Shown one piece after another: positions 12,734-25,240 of a DNA stretch of 64,000 nt (the stretch's first letter is position 1; the number at the start of each line of letters is the position of its first letter). Source of the DNA: Felis catus (Eukaryota); NCBI RefSeq assembly GCF_018350175.1, contig NC_058368.1:168332001-168396000 (forward strand), given 5' to 3'. Made by a program: the position numbers and the translations under genes. The notes under the pieces were generated by a model that was given only the letters and a program-made list of their open reading frames with translations, ran no database searches and was not told the DNA's origin.

Positions 12734-13300
12734 GTTTCAATGAAGTTCATTCAGGGAAGCAGAACCACTATGAGTATACGAAATAAGGATTTATTATAGG
12801 AGTTGGACAGCACACAATTAGGAGAAGGGCTGTGCCAGTAAAGATGTCCCCAACACTGGAAGATCAGGGAAAAGGACAGTGGTTCTGAAGCACTGGCACA
12901 GGTGGACAAGTCAGAGCTTATGGGAAGCCAGGCACATGCAGTTGCTAATATGAGCCCCTGAAAAGCTGGTATTGAAGTCCCTGGAAAGCTCTTCCCTCTT
13001 CTTGGCTGACATCTCTGAGTTCACAGTAAACAATTAGTGAACTTTTGCTATTGGTCAGAACTGCCAGCTGTAGGGCAAGACTGGGAACTGGGGCCAGAAA
13101 GAATGAGTACAAACTGGATCCCACCTCTATGTCTGTCTCTCACATGGTCTCTAACCACAGTGACCTTCAGAGAGCAATGGCTGCTGCTTCACTTCTGCTT
13201 TCTAGATCTCTTTCCTATTTCTCTTTTGGCCAACTCCAACCCAGAGCCATCCCATGTTCTGCAGGCTTTCAGGGAGTTTTAGGGTCTGCATTTCCATTAA
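12734..13300. mobile_element. ERVL-class LTR (LTR41/LTR52-like)
   Basis: CAGGGAAGCAGAACCACTATGAGT...GGATTTATTATAGGA start and GGCCAACTCCAACCCAGAGCC end motif; family from memory. Confidence 0.45.
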
Positions 13301-13954
13301 CGGTCACTAGATGACAGTAAGACACTGATTAGACTCCAATGTGTTGTTAATCTGCAGAATCACATGCAGCCCCAGATTTGGTTGGCTGTCTTCACAGATG
13401 CTGTGTTGGCTGAAGTTGAAGTTATCCACATGGGGTTTGGCAAATGTCTATGAAGTTTTCCCCTGTGGCTCCAGGGTTATGCCAAGTTGTCATTTATATT
13501 TTGACATCACCTGGACAGTCATGTGACTCCACCTGGCCTTGCTGGACAGACCACAGCAGTGGGAGAGTTTGTTGGCGTGATTCAGGTTGTACTTGGCACA
13601 GTGAAGAAAAGCCCCTAGAAAATGGTGACCGTGTGATCTGCAAGGCTCTCAAAAGGAATATCACATTCATTTTGTCCATTTTACCTGCAACTAAATTCTT
13701 GCCCCAACTGGAAGCTACTTAAGAACTGGCACCTGAAGATACAGAATTTCTAATCTATTATCAACTAAGGATGATTATTGTCTTCAGAAGAAAAGGAAAA
13801 CCTTCATTTAAGAAACAAAGCATGGGTGTCATCAGTTGTAAAGCAAAAGGTTTAACTACATAATCTGCCTTGTGAAGAGATTTACTAGAGAAATCTTGTA
13901 ATTTGCCTCTGCATTTTCTTTTTATAAAATATTTGGCAGTTAAAATTAAACGTT

Positions 13955-14084
13955 GGGGCACCTGGTTGGCTCAGTTAAGCATCCACCTTCGGTTCAGGTC
14001 ATGATCTCATAGTTAGTGAGTTCGAGCCCGTGTCTGGCTCTCTGCTGTCAGTGCAGAGCCCTCTTCAGATCCTCTGTCTGTCTG

Positions 14085-14130
<46 letters not shown>

Positions 14131-14185
14131 GCTCCCCTGCTTGTGTGTGCGCTGTCTGGCTCTCAAAACTAAATAAACATTAAAA
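13955..14185 (+). mobile_element. Can-SINE with expanded (CT)n
   Basis: SINEC head, long CT tract, TSD aaaattaaac. Confidence 0.93.
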
Positions 14186-14379
14186 AAATTAAACATCAAC
14201 AAGAGTATATAACGTGTAAAGTATAAAGAATAAAATAAAAGCCTCACTTTCTTAAAAGAAGGATGATTCATTCAGCGAGTTGTAGGAAATCTGTAAAGAT
14301 GGAAATGCATAAAGATAAACATAGTCCTAGCCTCTCCACATCTCCCTCTTGGCCAGCCGTTTTTCTACATTTCCTTTTA

Positions 14380-14800
14380 TCCAGCTTAACTTCAGTGGTT
14401 TATTGTTTTACTAATGCCTTGCCTTTTGCCATTCTCTAAACTATGTCCTTTTATCTTTTCATCCCATGTCTGGCAAAACCTTTGTCTTGGATAAACCTAA
14501 CTACCCACTCTGTTCATGTCTGCAAAAGTACAACTGAACATTGATGACAGAAGTCACACAACAGAGATTATACCCACTACAAACTCGTGATTATTGGCCT
14601 CAAACCTGCTGGATTTATTTGTCAGGGCAGTTCACTGTCTTGCTCTATGAGGCTATTTCTAAACTTCCAACCTACCTGGTTCCCCTCTGCATCCGCTCAA
14701 ACCCCCAAAACCTTCCTCTTTGCTCTAAGTATTGACCTCATCCCTTACTTCATAAAGAAAATGGAAGCAATTAGGGAACCTCCCTTATCTTCCCCCTTCC
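14380..14800 (+). mobile_element. L2 ORF2 fragment
   Basis: Degenerate L2 RT-region sequence (CTGGCAAAACC...TGGATAAACCTAAC...CACTACAAACTCGTGAT; TACTTCATAAAGAAAATGGAAGCAATTAG). Confidence 0.5.
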
Positions 14801-15764
14801 AAACATTCAAACTCCACCTCCACTGTGCTCTGTACCCCTCCTGTTACACTGGCACAGAACTTTATACCTGGGCAGTCCTCGCCACGCATTTTGACTTCGT
14901 CATAATAATATGTGAAGTGGGTCTTATAATTCCTTTTTCTAAATTTTTAAATTATGAAAGTAATCTTGTTTATAGTGTTTGCACTTTTCAGAGCTCCCCT
15001 CTTAGTATTTTATATTCCTTGGGGCCTGATTCCCTTCACTGAAAATGTTTAGCTGGGGAGAGGTACAAATGTAGGCCCTAGTTTGTGCCATCCTAGATTA
15101 GTTAGATGTGGTGCTGTGTTGAGGAATAAAGCAATCTGGGCTCGACCACTCATTTATCTCCTAGGACTACTGCTCAGAGAAGAGAGGCTGCCTCCCTTTA
15201 TTATAACTGCCTAGCCCATGGTTGTTGGGGATGGAGGGGGTGGAGGTGGATACCTATTTCTATGATGACATAGAAGGGGGGTGAGATGGGAGAATACAAG
15301 CCTGCATGACCCTTATCAGCTCTGGCCTGTAGCTGAGTTCTTGCACAAGCCAAAGTGACCCAACACCCCTGGCTGGCACTTGGATGGGGCTGCTACACAA
15401 TGCGTTGCAATATCCATTGGGCTTGTCTGGGAAATGTGGGGAGAAAAAAGGGAGGAAATAAGGAAGCCCTCCCCTGTCCATGCTTGTTCCTGGCATCTGG
15501 CCTTCATCTCCTCTAACCTACACATTCCCCTCTCTTCTACAAAGGTATCCCCTCCAGGCACATTCTCCATGACCAATGTGCTTCCGACAACTTGGAGGTT
15601 AGCACTGGGACAAACCAACCTCTCCCTATAGCTTCAGCACCATATTTGTAGGGGAAGACACCACAGCCCATGATTGCTAGGAACTGGTGCTACTGCTTTC
15701 TAATATGCTTTCTTTTCAGTTCAGAATAACTTGAGAACATGTTTCTATATCAATAAATATAACT

Positions 15765-16249
15765 CTGTGACAGTTTGGGTGCAAGTGGTTTTATTTGGAA
15801 GGTGATCTCAAGAAGCACAAGCCAGAAAGTGGTAAACGCGAGACAGGGTGACAGTGAGAAGAGTAAAAGTGGACAGTCATTAAGAGTGCATTAAGGAGCC
15901 CGCCACCACCAGGAGAACTGGGGCTCAGGCCTGGCAGAGCCTTCTGAGTAAATGCTTGGAAAATACCACTGAGTTTTAGTCTGGAGGGAGGAAGGATGGA
16001 GCATTTAATCATCCACTTCCTTCCTCTCTGCTTTGCCCCTCAGGGGCTGCAACTCCCCTATACTGCCAGTTACACCTGCTGGCCAGGAGTAAGCTCTTTC
16101 TGTGCCATTCAAAGCTCTCAGGCAGAGAAGTGAGCCCAGGCACTGGGGGCGGGCACCCTGCCATGCTGGAAGCTGTTCACAGCAGATGCAAGTAAACACA
16201 TGGGGCTGAGGGGACGGGGGATGGGGACCGACCATCCTTGCTGCATACA
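15765..16249 (-). mobile_element. LTR33-like ERVL LTR
   Basis: TTTGGGTGCAAGTGGTTTTATTTGGAAGGTGATCTCAAGAAGCAC...AACTGGGGCTCA...AAGCTCTCAGGCAGAGA. Confidence 0.65.
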
Positions 16250-16645
16250 GAGTGACAAAAGTAGCAGGAGGATGGCGGGAGGATGGCTTAGGGAAAGGGT
16301 AATTAATAATCAGACCTTTCGTGTTTTAAGAATTAAAAATAAAAATGCTGCTTACCTTGTGGATTGTTCCATATAGTGAAAGGCAGACATGGTTCTGACA
16401 TTATGAAGAGACCAAAACCAGAACCTGGTCCCACCTCAGTATCACTGGCCTAAGATAAACCCTGGGAGAGGTCTGTGTATGAAAAATGGAAAGAGCTGAG
16501 CACAAAAATTCCTCTCCAAGGCCCCCAGTGAGGGGACAAACTTGGCTGGGATAGCATTGAGGGGAGGGATCACTCACTCCCTTTCAAAGGACAATATGCC
16601 CCTACAAAAATCTGTGTCTGGAGTCAGTGAATTTCTTTTTAAATA

Positions 16646-16871
16646 TTTTATTGACTGATTGATTGATTTATAAAGTTTATGTATTTTGAGAGAGACAGAG
16701 AGAGCACAAGCAGGGAAGGGCAGAGAGACACGGGGACAAAGGATCTCAAGCGGGCTCCTCCTTGGACAGCAGAGAGTCCTACGCCCAGCTTGAACTCATG
16801 AACTGCGAGATCATGACCTGAGCCAAAATCAAGAGTCTGATGCTTAACCAACTGAGCCACCCAGGTGCCCC
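16646..16871 (-). mobile_element. Can-SINE
   Basis: SINEC body, (TGAT)n-decayed tail. Confidence 0.92.
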
Positions 16872-17116
16872 TATATTTGGCTTTCTACTGTCTTTCTTTT
16901 GTACCTTTCTGTTATATTTTTTTGTATCTCTTTTTCTTTCCTAAAAAAAGGGATTCCTCTTTTTGTCTTTTTCCTCTGCTTTGTGTGGCTATCTTAAATG
17001 TGTCTCAATGTCATTGGTTCACTTTACTGTAAGGTAATATCTACTCCTAATGAATTGGACGTCCTGTAATGCCATCATTTTTCTCCTAAAACACTTCACT
17101 GTATTTTTATTTTATT

Positions 17117-17322
17117 CTTTTTAAAAAAAACTTTTTTAAAGTTTATTTTATTATTTACTTTGAGAGGGGGGTGGAGCAAAGAGAGAGGGAGAGAGAATCC
17201 CAAGCAGGCTCTGCACTGTCAGTGCAGAGCCCAACACAGGGCTTGAGCCCATGAACTGTGAGATCATGACCTGAGCAGAAACGAAGTGTTGGATTCTTAA
17301 CTGACTGAGCCATCCAGGTGCC
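17117..17322 (-). mobile_element. Can-SINE
   Basis: SINEC body with T-rich tail on + strand. Confidence 0.92.
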
Positions 17323-17899
17323 ACTATTTTATGTCAAATTTTCTCTGACATTATTAAGCATTGTTTTCTATTTTTTTCTATTTATTGGAATAAGCTTCTT
17401 CAAGAGTATGCTCTTTGGATGCTAGTACTCACTTTCTTTTTTCCTTTTGCTACACTTTGCACAGCACAGCACTTTGCATCGTTAAAGATTATCTCTTTTA
17501 TTCTCAACTTTGAATCAGAATAGTTTATTCAGGATTATGATTTACCCTCCTAATACCATATATGGCTTCCTTTTGACTTTCTTTCTTATTTCCTTGGGTA
17601 CTATTTTTCAGTCTTCACCTGCAGCCAGAAGACTAGATATGTTGGTCTGTATTATCTGTTCAATTATGCAGCTGTATGAGATGGATGGGGAGGAAGCTAC
17701 ATCCATAGTCAATCGCATTCAGGGAAATATATTTCTGCTCTCTCTTTCCTCATAATTCTGTTGAAATTCCTGCACCCAAGGCTAGCTGAGTTGAGATAGT
17801 GATATTTCCTAACCAAGTATGAGGATATGTTACCTTCAGGGTTTTGCTCTTCTCTTCAGGAGAGTGAACCACTTTGGTGAACAGTTACAATATTTTTTG

Positions 17900-17901
<2 letters not shown>

Positions 17902-17986
<85 letters not shown>

Positions 17987-17992
17987 TGTGTG
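17902..17992. repeat. compound (TG)n(AG)n microsatellite
   Basis: ~24 GT units followed by ~14 AG units. Confidence 0.97.
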
Positions 17993-18720
17993 TGGCTGTA
18001 CCTATATCCCTGCACTTATCTGCCTTTATTTGCCACTATCACTCAAGTTCGAGATAGTGGTCCCTGGGAATTACCCCCATCTCTCTGCCACTTTGTGGTG
18101 TATCTAGGGGAAAGCCTCTCTTGTTTGGTTTCTCTTCTAGCTTCTATGTTGGAAGGTTGGCTAGAGGACTTCACAGAACATAGTCTGTATCTTTTTCTTA
18201 GTATGCTACTGTCCTCAGTTCTGGTATTCCTGAACTGGACAGAAGTTTTTTTTTGTTTGTTTGTTTTACAATATCCTACACTACCATCTTGACCTTCCCA
18301 CAAAGGAAGCCCTCTTTGACTTTGGTATTTACATTTACTGTGCTCTAAATTGAATTATTCATTATTGATGCCACATAAAGTTTGTAGACAAGATTAGATA
18401 TGTTCCCTTTGTTTAGTATTGATGATATTATCTTTATACTTTGCTTTTATTTGTTGTTGGATTTTTTTGTTTTGAATTCTTTTAAATTCATTTACGGGAG
18501 GAATCTTCTGTAAAATCCCCATATAGTTGCAGAAGAATCATTCAGAAGAATGCTTTATGCTACAAAAAGCATAAAAAGCAAGTTTCACCTCTCCTACCAA
18601 TGAAACAAGATGTATCTAATTGCCATTTTTTGTGCTTTTGAAGTTTAAAATATTCCCTAGCTGATTTTCATTGTACAGCAAATCTCTTACTACTTTCATA
18701 ATCTTTTACATATTTTACCT

Positions 18721-18926
18721 TTTTTTTTTAAACATTTATTTATTATTGAGAGAGAGACAGAGCATGAGCATGGAAGGGGCAGAGAGAGGGGAGACAGAAT
18801 CTGAAGCAGGCTCCAGGCTCTGAGCTGTCAGCACAGAGCCTGATGCGGGGCTCAAACTCACAAACTGCGAGATCATGACCTGAGCCTAAGTCAGATGCTT
18901 AACCAACTGAGCCACCCAGGTGCCCC
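18721..18926 (-). mobile_element. Can-SINE abutting the L1 tail
   Basis: SINEC body; no clean TSD found. Confidence 0.93.
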
Positions 18927-18927
18927 A

Positions 18928-18974
<47 letters not shown>

Positions 18975-19042
18975 TTTGAATTTTATTTTATTTATTTTTG
19001 ATTTCACTTTATTTTTTATTTTTTAAAATTTACATCCAAACA

Positions 19043-19262
19043 GGGGCACCTGGGTGGCGCAGTCGGTTAAGCATCCGACTTCAGCCAGGTCACGATCTCA
19101 CGGTCCGTGAGTTCGAGCCCTGCGTCAGGCTCTGGGCTGATGGCTCAGAGCCTGGAGTCTGTTTCCGATTCTGTGTCTCCCTCTCTCTCTGTCCCTCCCC
19201 CGTTCATGCTCTGTCTCTCTCTGTCCCAAAAATAAATAAACGTTGAAAAAAAAATTAAAAAA
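19043..19262 (+). mobile_element. young Can-SINE inserted in L1 3'UTR
   Basis: 16-bp TSD aaaatttacatccaaa at 19025-19040/19263-19278. Confidence 0.96.
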
Positions 19263-19483
19263 AAAATTTACATCCAAATTAGTTAGTATATAGTGAAGCA
19301 ATGATTTCAGTAGATTCCTTAATGCCCCTTATCCATTTAGCCCATTCCCCCTCCCACAACCCCTCCATCAACCCTCTGTTTGTTCTCCATATTTATGAGT
19401 CTCTTTGTTTTGTCCCCCTCCCTGTTTTTATATTATTTTTGTTTCCCTTCCCTTATGTTCATCTGTTTTGTCTCCTAAAGTCC

Positions 19484-19624
19484 TCATATGAATGAAGTCA
19501 TATGATTTTTGTCCTTCTCTGACTAATTTCACTTAGCATAATACCCTCCAGTTCCATCCACGTAGTTGCAAATGGCAAGATTTCATTCTTTTTTATTGCC
19601 GAGTAATACTCCATTGTGTGTGTA

Positions 19625-19680
<56 letters not shown>

Positions 19681-22600
19681 ACATCTTCTTTATCCATTCA
19701 TCCATCGATGGACATTTGGGCTCTTTCCATACTTTGGCTATTGTTGATAGTGCTGCTATAAACATGGGGGTGCATGTGTCCCTTTGAAACAGCACACCCG
19801 TATCCCGTGGATAAATGCCTAGTAGTGCAATTGCTGGGTCGTAGGGTAGTTCTATTTTTAGTTTTTTGAGGAACCTCCATACTGTTTTCCAGAGTGGCTG
19901 CACCAGCTTGCATTGCCACCAACAATGCAAAAGAGATCCTCTTTCTCCGCATCCTTGCCGACAACTGTTGTTACCTGAGTTGTTAATGTTAGCCATTCTG
20001 ACAGATGTAAGTTGGTATCTCATTGTGGTTTTGATTTGTATTTCCCTGATGATGAGTGATGTTGAGCATTTTTTGATGTGTCAGTTGGCCATCTGGATGT
20101 CTTCTTTGGAAAAGTGTCTATTCATGTCTTTTGCCCATTTCTTCACTGGATTATTTGTTTTTTGGTGTTGGGTTTGATAAATTCTTTGTAAATTTTGGAT
20201 ACTAACCCTTTATCTGATATGTCATTTGCAAATACCTTCTCCCATTCTGTCGGTTGTCTTTTAGTTTTGCTGATTGTTTCCTTCGCTGTGCAGAAGCTTT
20301 TTATTTTGATGAGGTCCCAGTAGTTCATTTTTGCTTTTGTTTCCCTTGCCTCCGGAGACGTGTTGAGTAAGAAATTGCTGCAGGCAAGATCAAAGAGGTT
20401 TTTGCCTGCTTTCTCCTCAAGGATTTTAATGGCTTCCTGTCTTACATTGAGGTCTTTCATCCACTTTGAGTTTATTTTTGTGTATGGTGTAAGAAAGTGG
20501 TCCAGGTTCATTCTTCTGCATGTCGCTGTCCAGTTTTCCCAGCACTATTTGCTGAAGAGACTGTCTTTATTCCATTGGATATTCTTTCCTGCTTTGTCAA
20601 AGATTAGTTGGTCATATGTCTGTGAGTCCATTTCCAGGTTTTCTATTCTGTTCCATTGATCTGAGTGTCTGTTTTTGTGCCAGTACCATACTGTCTTGAT
20701 GATTACAGCTTTGTAGTATAGCTTGAAGTCTGGGATTGTGATGTCTCCTGCTTTGGTTTTCTTTTTCAAGATTGCTTTGGCTTTTCGGGGTCTTTTCTGG
20801 TTCCATACAAATTTTAGGATTATTTGTTCTAGCTCTGTGAAGAATGCTGGTGTTACTTTGATAGGGATCGCGTTGAATATGTAGACTGCTTTGGGTAGTA
20901 TCGACATTTTAACAATATATTTGTTCTTCCTATCCAGGAGCATGGAATGTTTTTCCGTTTCTTTGTGTCTTTTTCAATTTCTTTCATCAGCTTTCTATAG
21001 TTTTCAGTGTATAGATTTTTCACCTCTTTGGTTAGATTTATTCCTAGGTATTTTATGGTTTTTGGTACAAGTATAAATGGGATCGATTCCTTGATTTCCT
21101 TTTCTGTTGCTTCATTGTTGGTGTATAAGAATGCAACCAATTTCTGTGCATTGATTTTATATCCTGCAACTTTGCTGAATTCATGAATCAGTTCTAGCAG
21201 TTTTTTGGTGGAATCTTTAGGGTTTTCCATATAGAGTATCATGTCATCTGCAAGAGTGAAAGTTTGACCTCTTCTTGGCTGATTTGGATGCCTTTTATTT
21301 CTTTGTGTTGTCTGATTGCAGACACTAAACTTCCAATACTATGTCGAATAACAGTGGTGAGAGTGGACATCCCTGCGTCGTTCCTGACCTTAGGGGGAAA
21401 GCTCTCAGTTTTTCCCCATTGAGGATGATATTAGCATTGGGTCGCTCATATATGATTTTTATCATCTCGAGGTATGATCCTTCTATCCCTACTTTCTTGA
21501 GGGTTTTTATCAAGAAAGGATGCTGTATTTTGTCAAATGCTTTCTCTGCATCTATTGAGAGGATCATATGGTTCTTGTCCTTTCTTTTATTGATGTGATG
21601 AATCACATTAATTGTTTTGTGGATATTGAACCAGCCTTGCATCCCAGGTATAAATCCTACTTGGTCGTGGTGAATAATTTTTTTAATGTATTGTTGGCTG
21701 TGGTTGCCTAATATCTTGTTGAGGATTTTTGCATCCATGTTCATCAGGGAAATTGGTCTATAGTTGTCCTTTTTAGTGGGGTCTCTGTCTGGTTTTGGAA
21801 TCAGGGTGATGCTGGCTTCATAGAAAGAGTTTGGGAGTTTTCCTTCCATTTCTATTTTTTGAAACAGTTTCAAGAGAATAGGTGTTAACTCTTCCTTAAA
21901 TATTTGGTAGAATTCCCCTGGAAAGCCATCTGGCCCTGGACTCTTGTTTTTTGGCAGATTTTTGATTACTAATTCAATTTCCTTACTGGTTATGGGTCTG
22001 TTCAAAGTTTCTATTTCTTCCTGTTTCAGTTTTGGTAGTGTATATGTTTCTAGGAATTTGTCCATTTCTTCCAGATTGTCCATTTTATTGGCATATAATT
22101 GCTCATAATATTCTCTTATTATTGTTTTTATTTCTGTTGTGTTGGTTGTGATTTCTTCTCTTTCATTCTTGATTTTACTTATTTGGGTCCTTTCCTTTTT
22201 CTTCTTGATCAAACTGGCTAGTGGTTTATCAATTTTGTTAATTCTTTCAAAGAACCAGCTTCTGGTTCATTGATCTGTTCTACTGTCTTTTTGGTTTTGA
22301 TAGCATTAATTTTTGCTCTAATCTTTATTATTTTCTGTCTTCTGCTGGTTTGGGGTTTTATTTGCTGTTCTTTTTCCAGCTCTTTAAGGCATTAGGTTAG
22401 GTTGTGTATCTGAGATCTTTCTTCCTTCTTTAGGAAGGCCTGGATTGCTATATACTTTCCTCTTATGACCGCCTTTTCTGCATCCCAGAGGTTTTGGGTT
22501 GTGGTGCTATCATTTTCACTGACTTCCATATACTTTTTAATTTCTTCTTTAACTGCTTGGTTAGCCCATTCATTCTTTAGTAGGATGTTCTTCAGTCTCC

Positions 22601-23345
22601 AAGTATTTGTTACCTTTCCAAATTTCTTCTTGTGGTTGATTTCGAGTTTAATAGCATTGTGGTCTGAAAATATGCACGGTATGATCTCAATCTTTTTTGT
22701 ACTTACTTAGGGCTGATTTGTGTCCCAGTATATGGTCTATTCTGGAGAACGTTCCAAGTGCACTGGAGAAGAATGTATATTCTGCTGCTTTAGGGTGAAA
22801 TGTTCTGAATATATCTGTTAAGTCCATCTGGTCCAATGTGTCATTCAAAGCCATTGTTTCCTTGCTGATTTTTTGATTAGATGATCTGTCCATTGCTGTG
22901 AGTGGGGTGTTGAAGTCTCCTACTATTATGGTATTACTATCTATGAGTTTCTTGGTGTTTGTGATTAATTGATTTATATATTTGGGTGCTCTCATATTTG
23001 GTGCATAAATCTTTACAATTGTTAGGTCTTTGTGGTGGACAGACGCATTGATTATGATGTAATGCCCTTCTGCATCTCTTGATACAGTCTTTATTTTAAA
23101 GTCTAGATTGTCTGATATAAGTATGGTTACTCCAGCTTTATTTTGTTGACCATTAGCGTGATAGATGGTTCTCCATCCCCTTATTTTCAATCTGTAGGTG
23201 TCTTTAGGTCTAAAGTGGGTCTCTTGTAAACAGTATATAGATGGGTCTTGTTTTCTTATCCGTTCTGTTACCCTATGTCTTTTGGTTGGAGCACTGAGTC
23301 CATTGACGTTTAGAGTGAGTACTGAAAATATGAATTTATTGTATT
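19484..23345 (-). pseudogene. ORF2: L1 ORF2 (endonuclease/reverse transcriptase), disrupted
   Basis: EN motifs (IYAPN, VGDFNTPL, SRIDHILG), RT motifs ([26 protein letters not shown]), C-terminal HCWWQC; split across several ORFs by frameshifts/stops (~23330, ~22690, ~21325, ~21252 just before FADD, ~20915) and a (TA)n expansion at ~19615-19677. Confidence 0.95.
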
Positions 23346-23414
23346 ATGATGCTTTTAGAGTTGGAGTTTCTGGTGGTCTCTGGTCCTTTTTAATCTTTGT
23401 TGTTTTTAGTATTT

Positions 23415-23462
<48 letters not shown>

Positions 23463-23482
23463 TATTTTCATCTTTTCTCCCC

Positions 23483-24364
23483 TCAGAGAGTTCCCCTTAA
23501 TATTTCTTGCAGGACTGGTTTAGTGGTCACAAACTCCTTTAATTTTTGGTTGTTTGGGAAACTTTTTATCTCTCTTTCCATTTTGAATGACAGCCTTGCT
23601 GGATAAAGAATTCTTGGCTGCATATTTTTCTGATTCAGCACACTGAATATATCCCGCCACTCCTTTCTGACCTGCCAAGTTTCTGTGGATAAGTCTGCTG
23701 CAAACCTTATCTGTCTTCCCTTGTAGGTTAGGGACTTTTTTCCCCTTGCTGCTTTCATGATTCTCTCCTTGTCTGAGTATTTTGTGAATTTGACCATGAT
23801 ATGCCTTGTTGATGGTCGGTTTTTGTTGAATCTAATGGGAGTCCTCTGTGCTTCTTGGATTTTGATGTCTGTGTCTTTCCCCAGGTTAGGAAACTTTTCT
23901 GTTATGATTTGCTCACATAACCCTTGTAACCGTATTTCTCTCTCTTCCTCCTCTGGGACCCCTATGATTCTGATGTTGTTCCTTTTTAATGAGTTACTGA
24001 TTTCTCTAATTCTTAAATTGTGCTCTTTTGCCTTAATCTCTCTCTTTTTCTCTGCTTTGTTATTCTCTATAAGTTTTTCCTCTATATTGCTGATTCTCTG
24101 TTCTGCCTTGTCCATCCTTGCCACCGCTGCATCCATCCATGATTGCAGCACAGTTATAACACTTTTAATTTCATTCTGGCTATTTTTTACTTCTTTTATC
24201 TCTGCAGGAAAGGATTCTAATCTATTTTCGACTCCAGCTAGTATTCTTATTATCGTGATTCTAAATTCTGGTTCAGACATCTTGCTTGTGTCTGTGTTGG
24301 TTAAATCCCTGGCTGTCGTTTCTTCATGCTCTTTCTTTTGGGGTGAAATCCTTCGTTTTGTCAT
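23483..24364 (-). CDS. ORF1: L1 ORF1p (RNA-binding/chaperone), 293 aa, uninterrupted
   Basis: ATG to stop; coiled-coil region then RNNIRIIGVPE, IQEAQRTP, YKGRQIR..ADLSTET, QPRILYPARLSF motifs. Confidence 0.93.
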   Translation of the reverse strand: MTKRRISPQKKEHEETTARDLTNTDTSKMSEPEFRITIIRILAGVENRLESFPAEIKEVKNSQNEIKSVITVLQSWMDAAVARMDKAEQRISNIEEKLIENNKAEKKREIKAKEHNLRIREISNSLKRNNIRIIGVPEEEEREIRLQGLCEQIITEKFPNLGKDTDIKIQEAQRTPIRFNKNRPSTRHIMVKFTKYSDKERIMKAARGKKSLTYKGRQIRFAADLSTETWQVRKEWRDIFSVLNQKNMQPRILYPARLSFKMEREIKSFPNNQKLKEFVTTKPVLQEILRGTL

Positions 24365-24584
24365 TTTGAAGGGAGAAAAGGAATTAATGAGGTCGAAAAA
24401 TTGAAATTAAAAAAATTAAAATTAAAAAATATTAAAATTAAAAATTAAAAACACACCCACACAAAAATCAAATAGATGATGCTAGATCCTAGGTGTGTTT
24501 TAGTCTGGGTGTAGAAAGTGGTTTGACAGATTAGAGAAACAAACAAGCAAGCAAACAAAAAAAAAGGGGGGGGGAGAGGAAAAA

Positions 24585-25240
24585 AAAGGAAATCGTTTGA
24601 GAATTTGGAAAAATGAATACACTAAAGTAGACGAAAATACACGAAAAGTAGAGAATATAGTAGAAAAAATTATAGAAAAATATTTGTAATAAAAATTAAA
24701 AAGAAATATGAATTTTTCATTTTCTGTATTTCAGAAAAAAAGAAATGAAAAAGAGAAAAAAGATAGAAAAAAGAAAAAAGGAAAAGACAAAAAAATCATT
24801 TGAAAATTTGAAAAAGTGAATACACTGTAGTAGACTGAAATAAAGTGATGGGAGTAAGATAGAATTTGAAAAAAATTACATAAAAGCAAAAAATACAGTA
24901 ATAAAAATTAAATAAAAATATTTTTAAAAGAAATTGAAAGTAAAAATGAAGTTTTTCTCTTTTTGCATTCAAGAAAAAGAAAAGAAATGAAAAAGAGAAA
25001 AAAAGAAAAAGAAAAAAGGAAATTGTCTGAAAATTTTAAAAGGTGACTACACTGAAGTAGACTAAAATAAAATGATGGAAGTAAAGTAGAATTTGAAAAA
25101 ATTTACACAAAAGTAAAAAATACAGTAATAAAAATTAAAGACAGATATTTTTAATAAAAATTGTAAATAAAAATGAGTTTTTTCTCTTTCTATATTCAAG
25201 AAAAAGAAAAGAATTGTAAAAGAGAAAGAAAAAGAAAAAA
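24585..25240. repeat. ~200-225 bp tandem repeat (3 diverged units) in L1 5'UTR
   Basis: Recurrent TGAAAATTT..AAAA.TGA.TACACT..AGTAGAC and TTTTTC...T.TATT..AGAAAAA blocks starting near 24585, 24790, 25016. Confidence 0.8.

Noticed and set aside
14587..15042. 151-aa ORF
   Set aside because: Non-ATG start, overlaps degenerate L2/MIR sequence, no recognisable domain.
16350..16460. Minus-strand exon candidate ending AAG|GTAAGC (open frame ASDTEVGPGSGFGLFIMSEPCLPFTIWNNPQ)
   Set aside because: Isolated, weak acceptor, unrecognised peptide; a single good donor is common by chance.
17819..18292. 157-aa ORF with (CV)n(RE)n
   Set aside because: Frame is held open by the (TG)n(AG)n microsatellite; no protein similarity recognised.
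18530..18565. Flank of the full-length L1 as source of the transduced tag at 28653-28715
   Set aside because: Only a 10-bp match (agaatcattc); the surroundings do not align.
23757..24404. 215-aa plus-strand ORF
   Set aside because: Antisense shadow of L1 ORF1; its Leu/Ser/Phe richness is the complement of A-rich codons.
24585..25240. CRISPR-like or satellite array
   Set aside because: Eukaryotic L1 5'UTR tandem duplication; no repeat-spacer structure.
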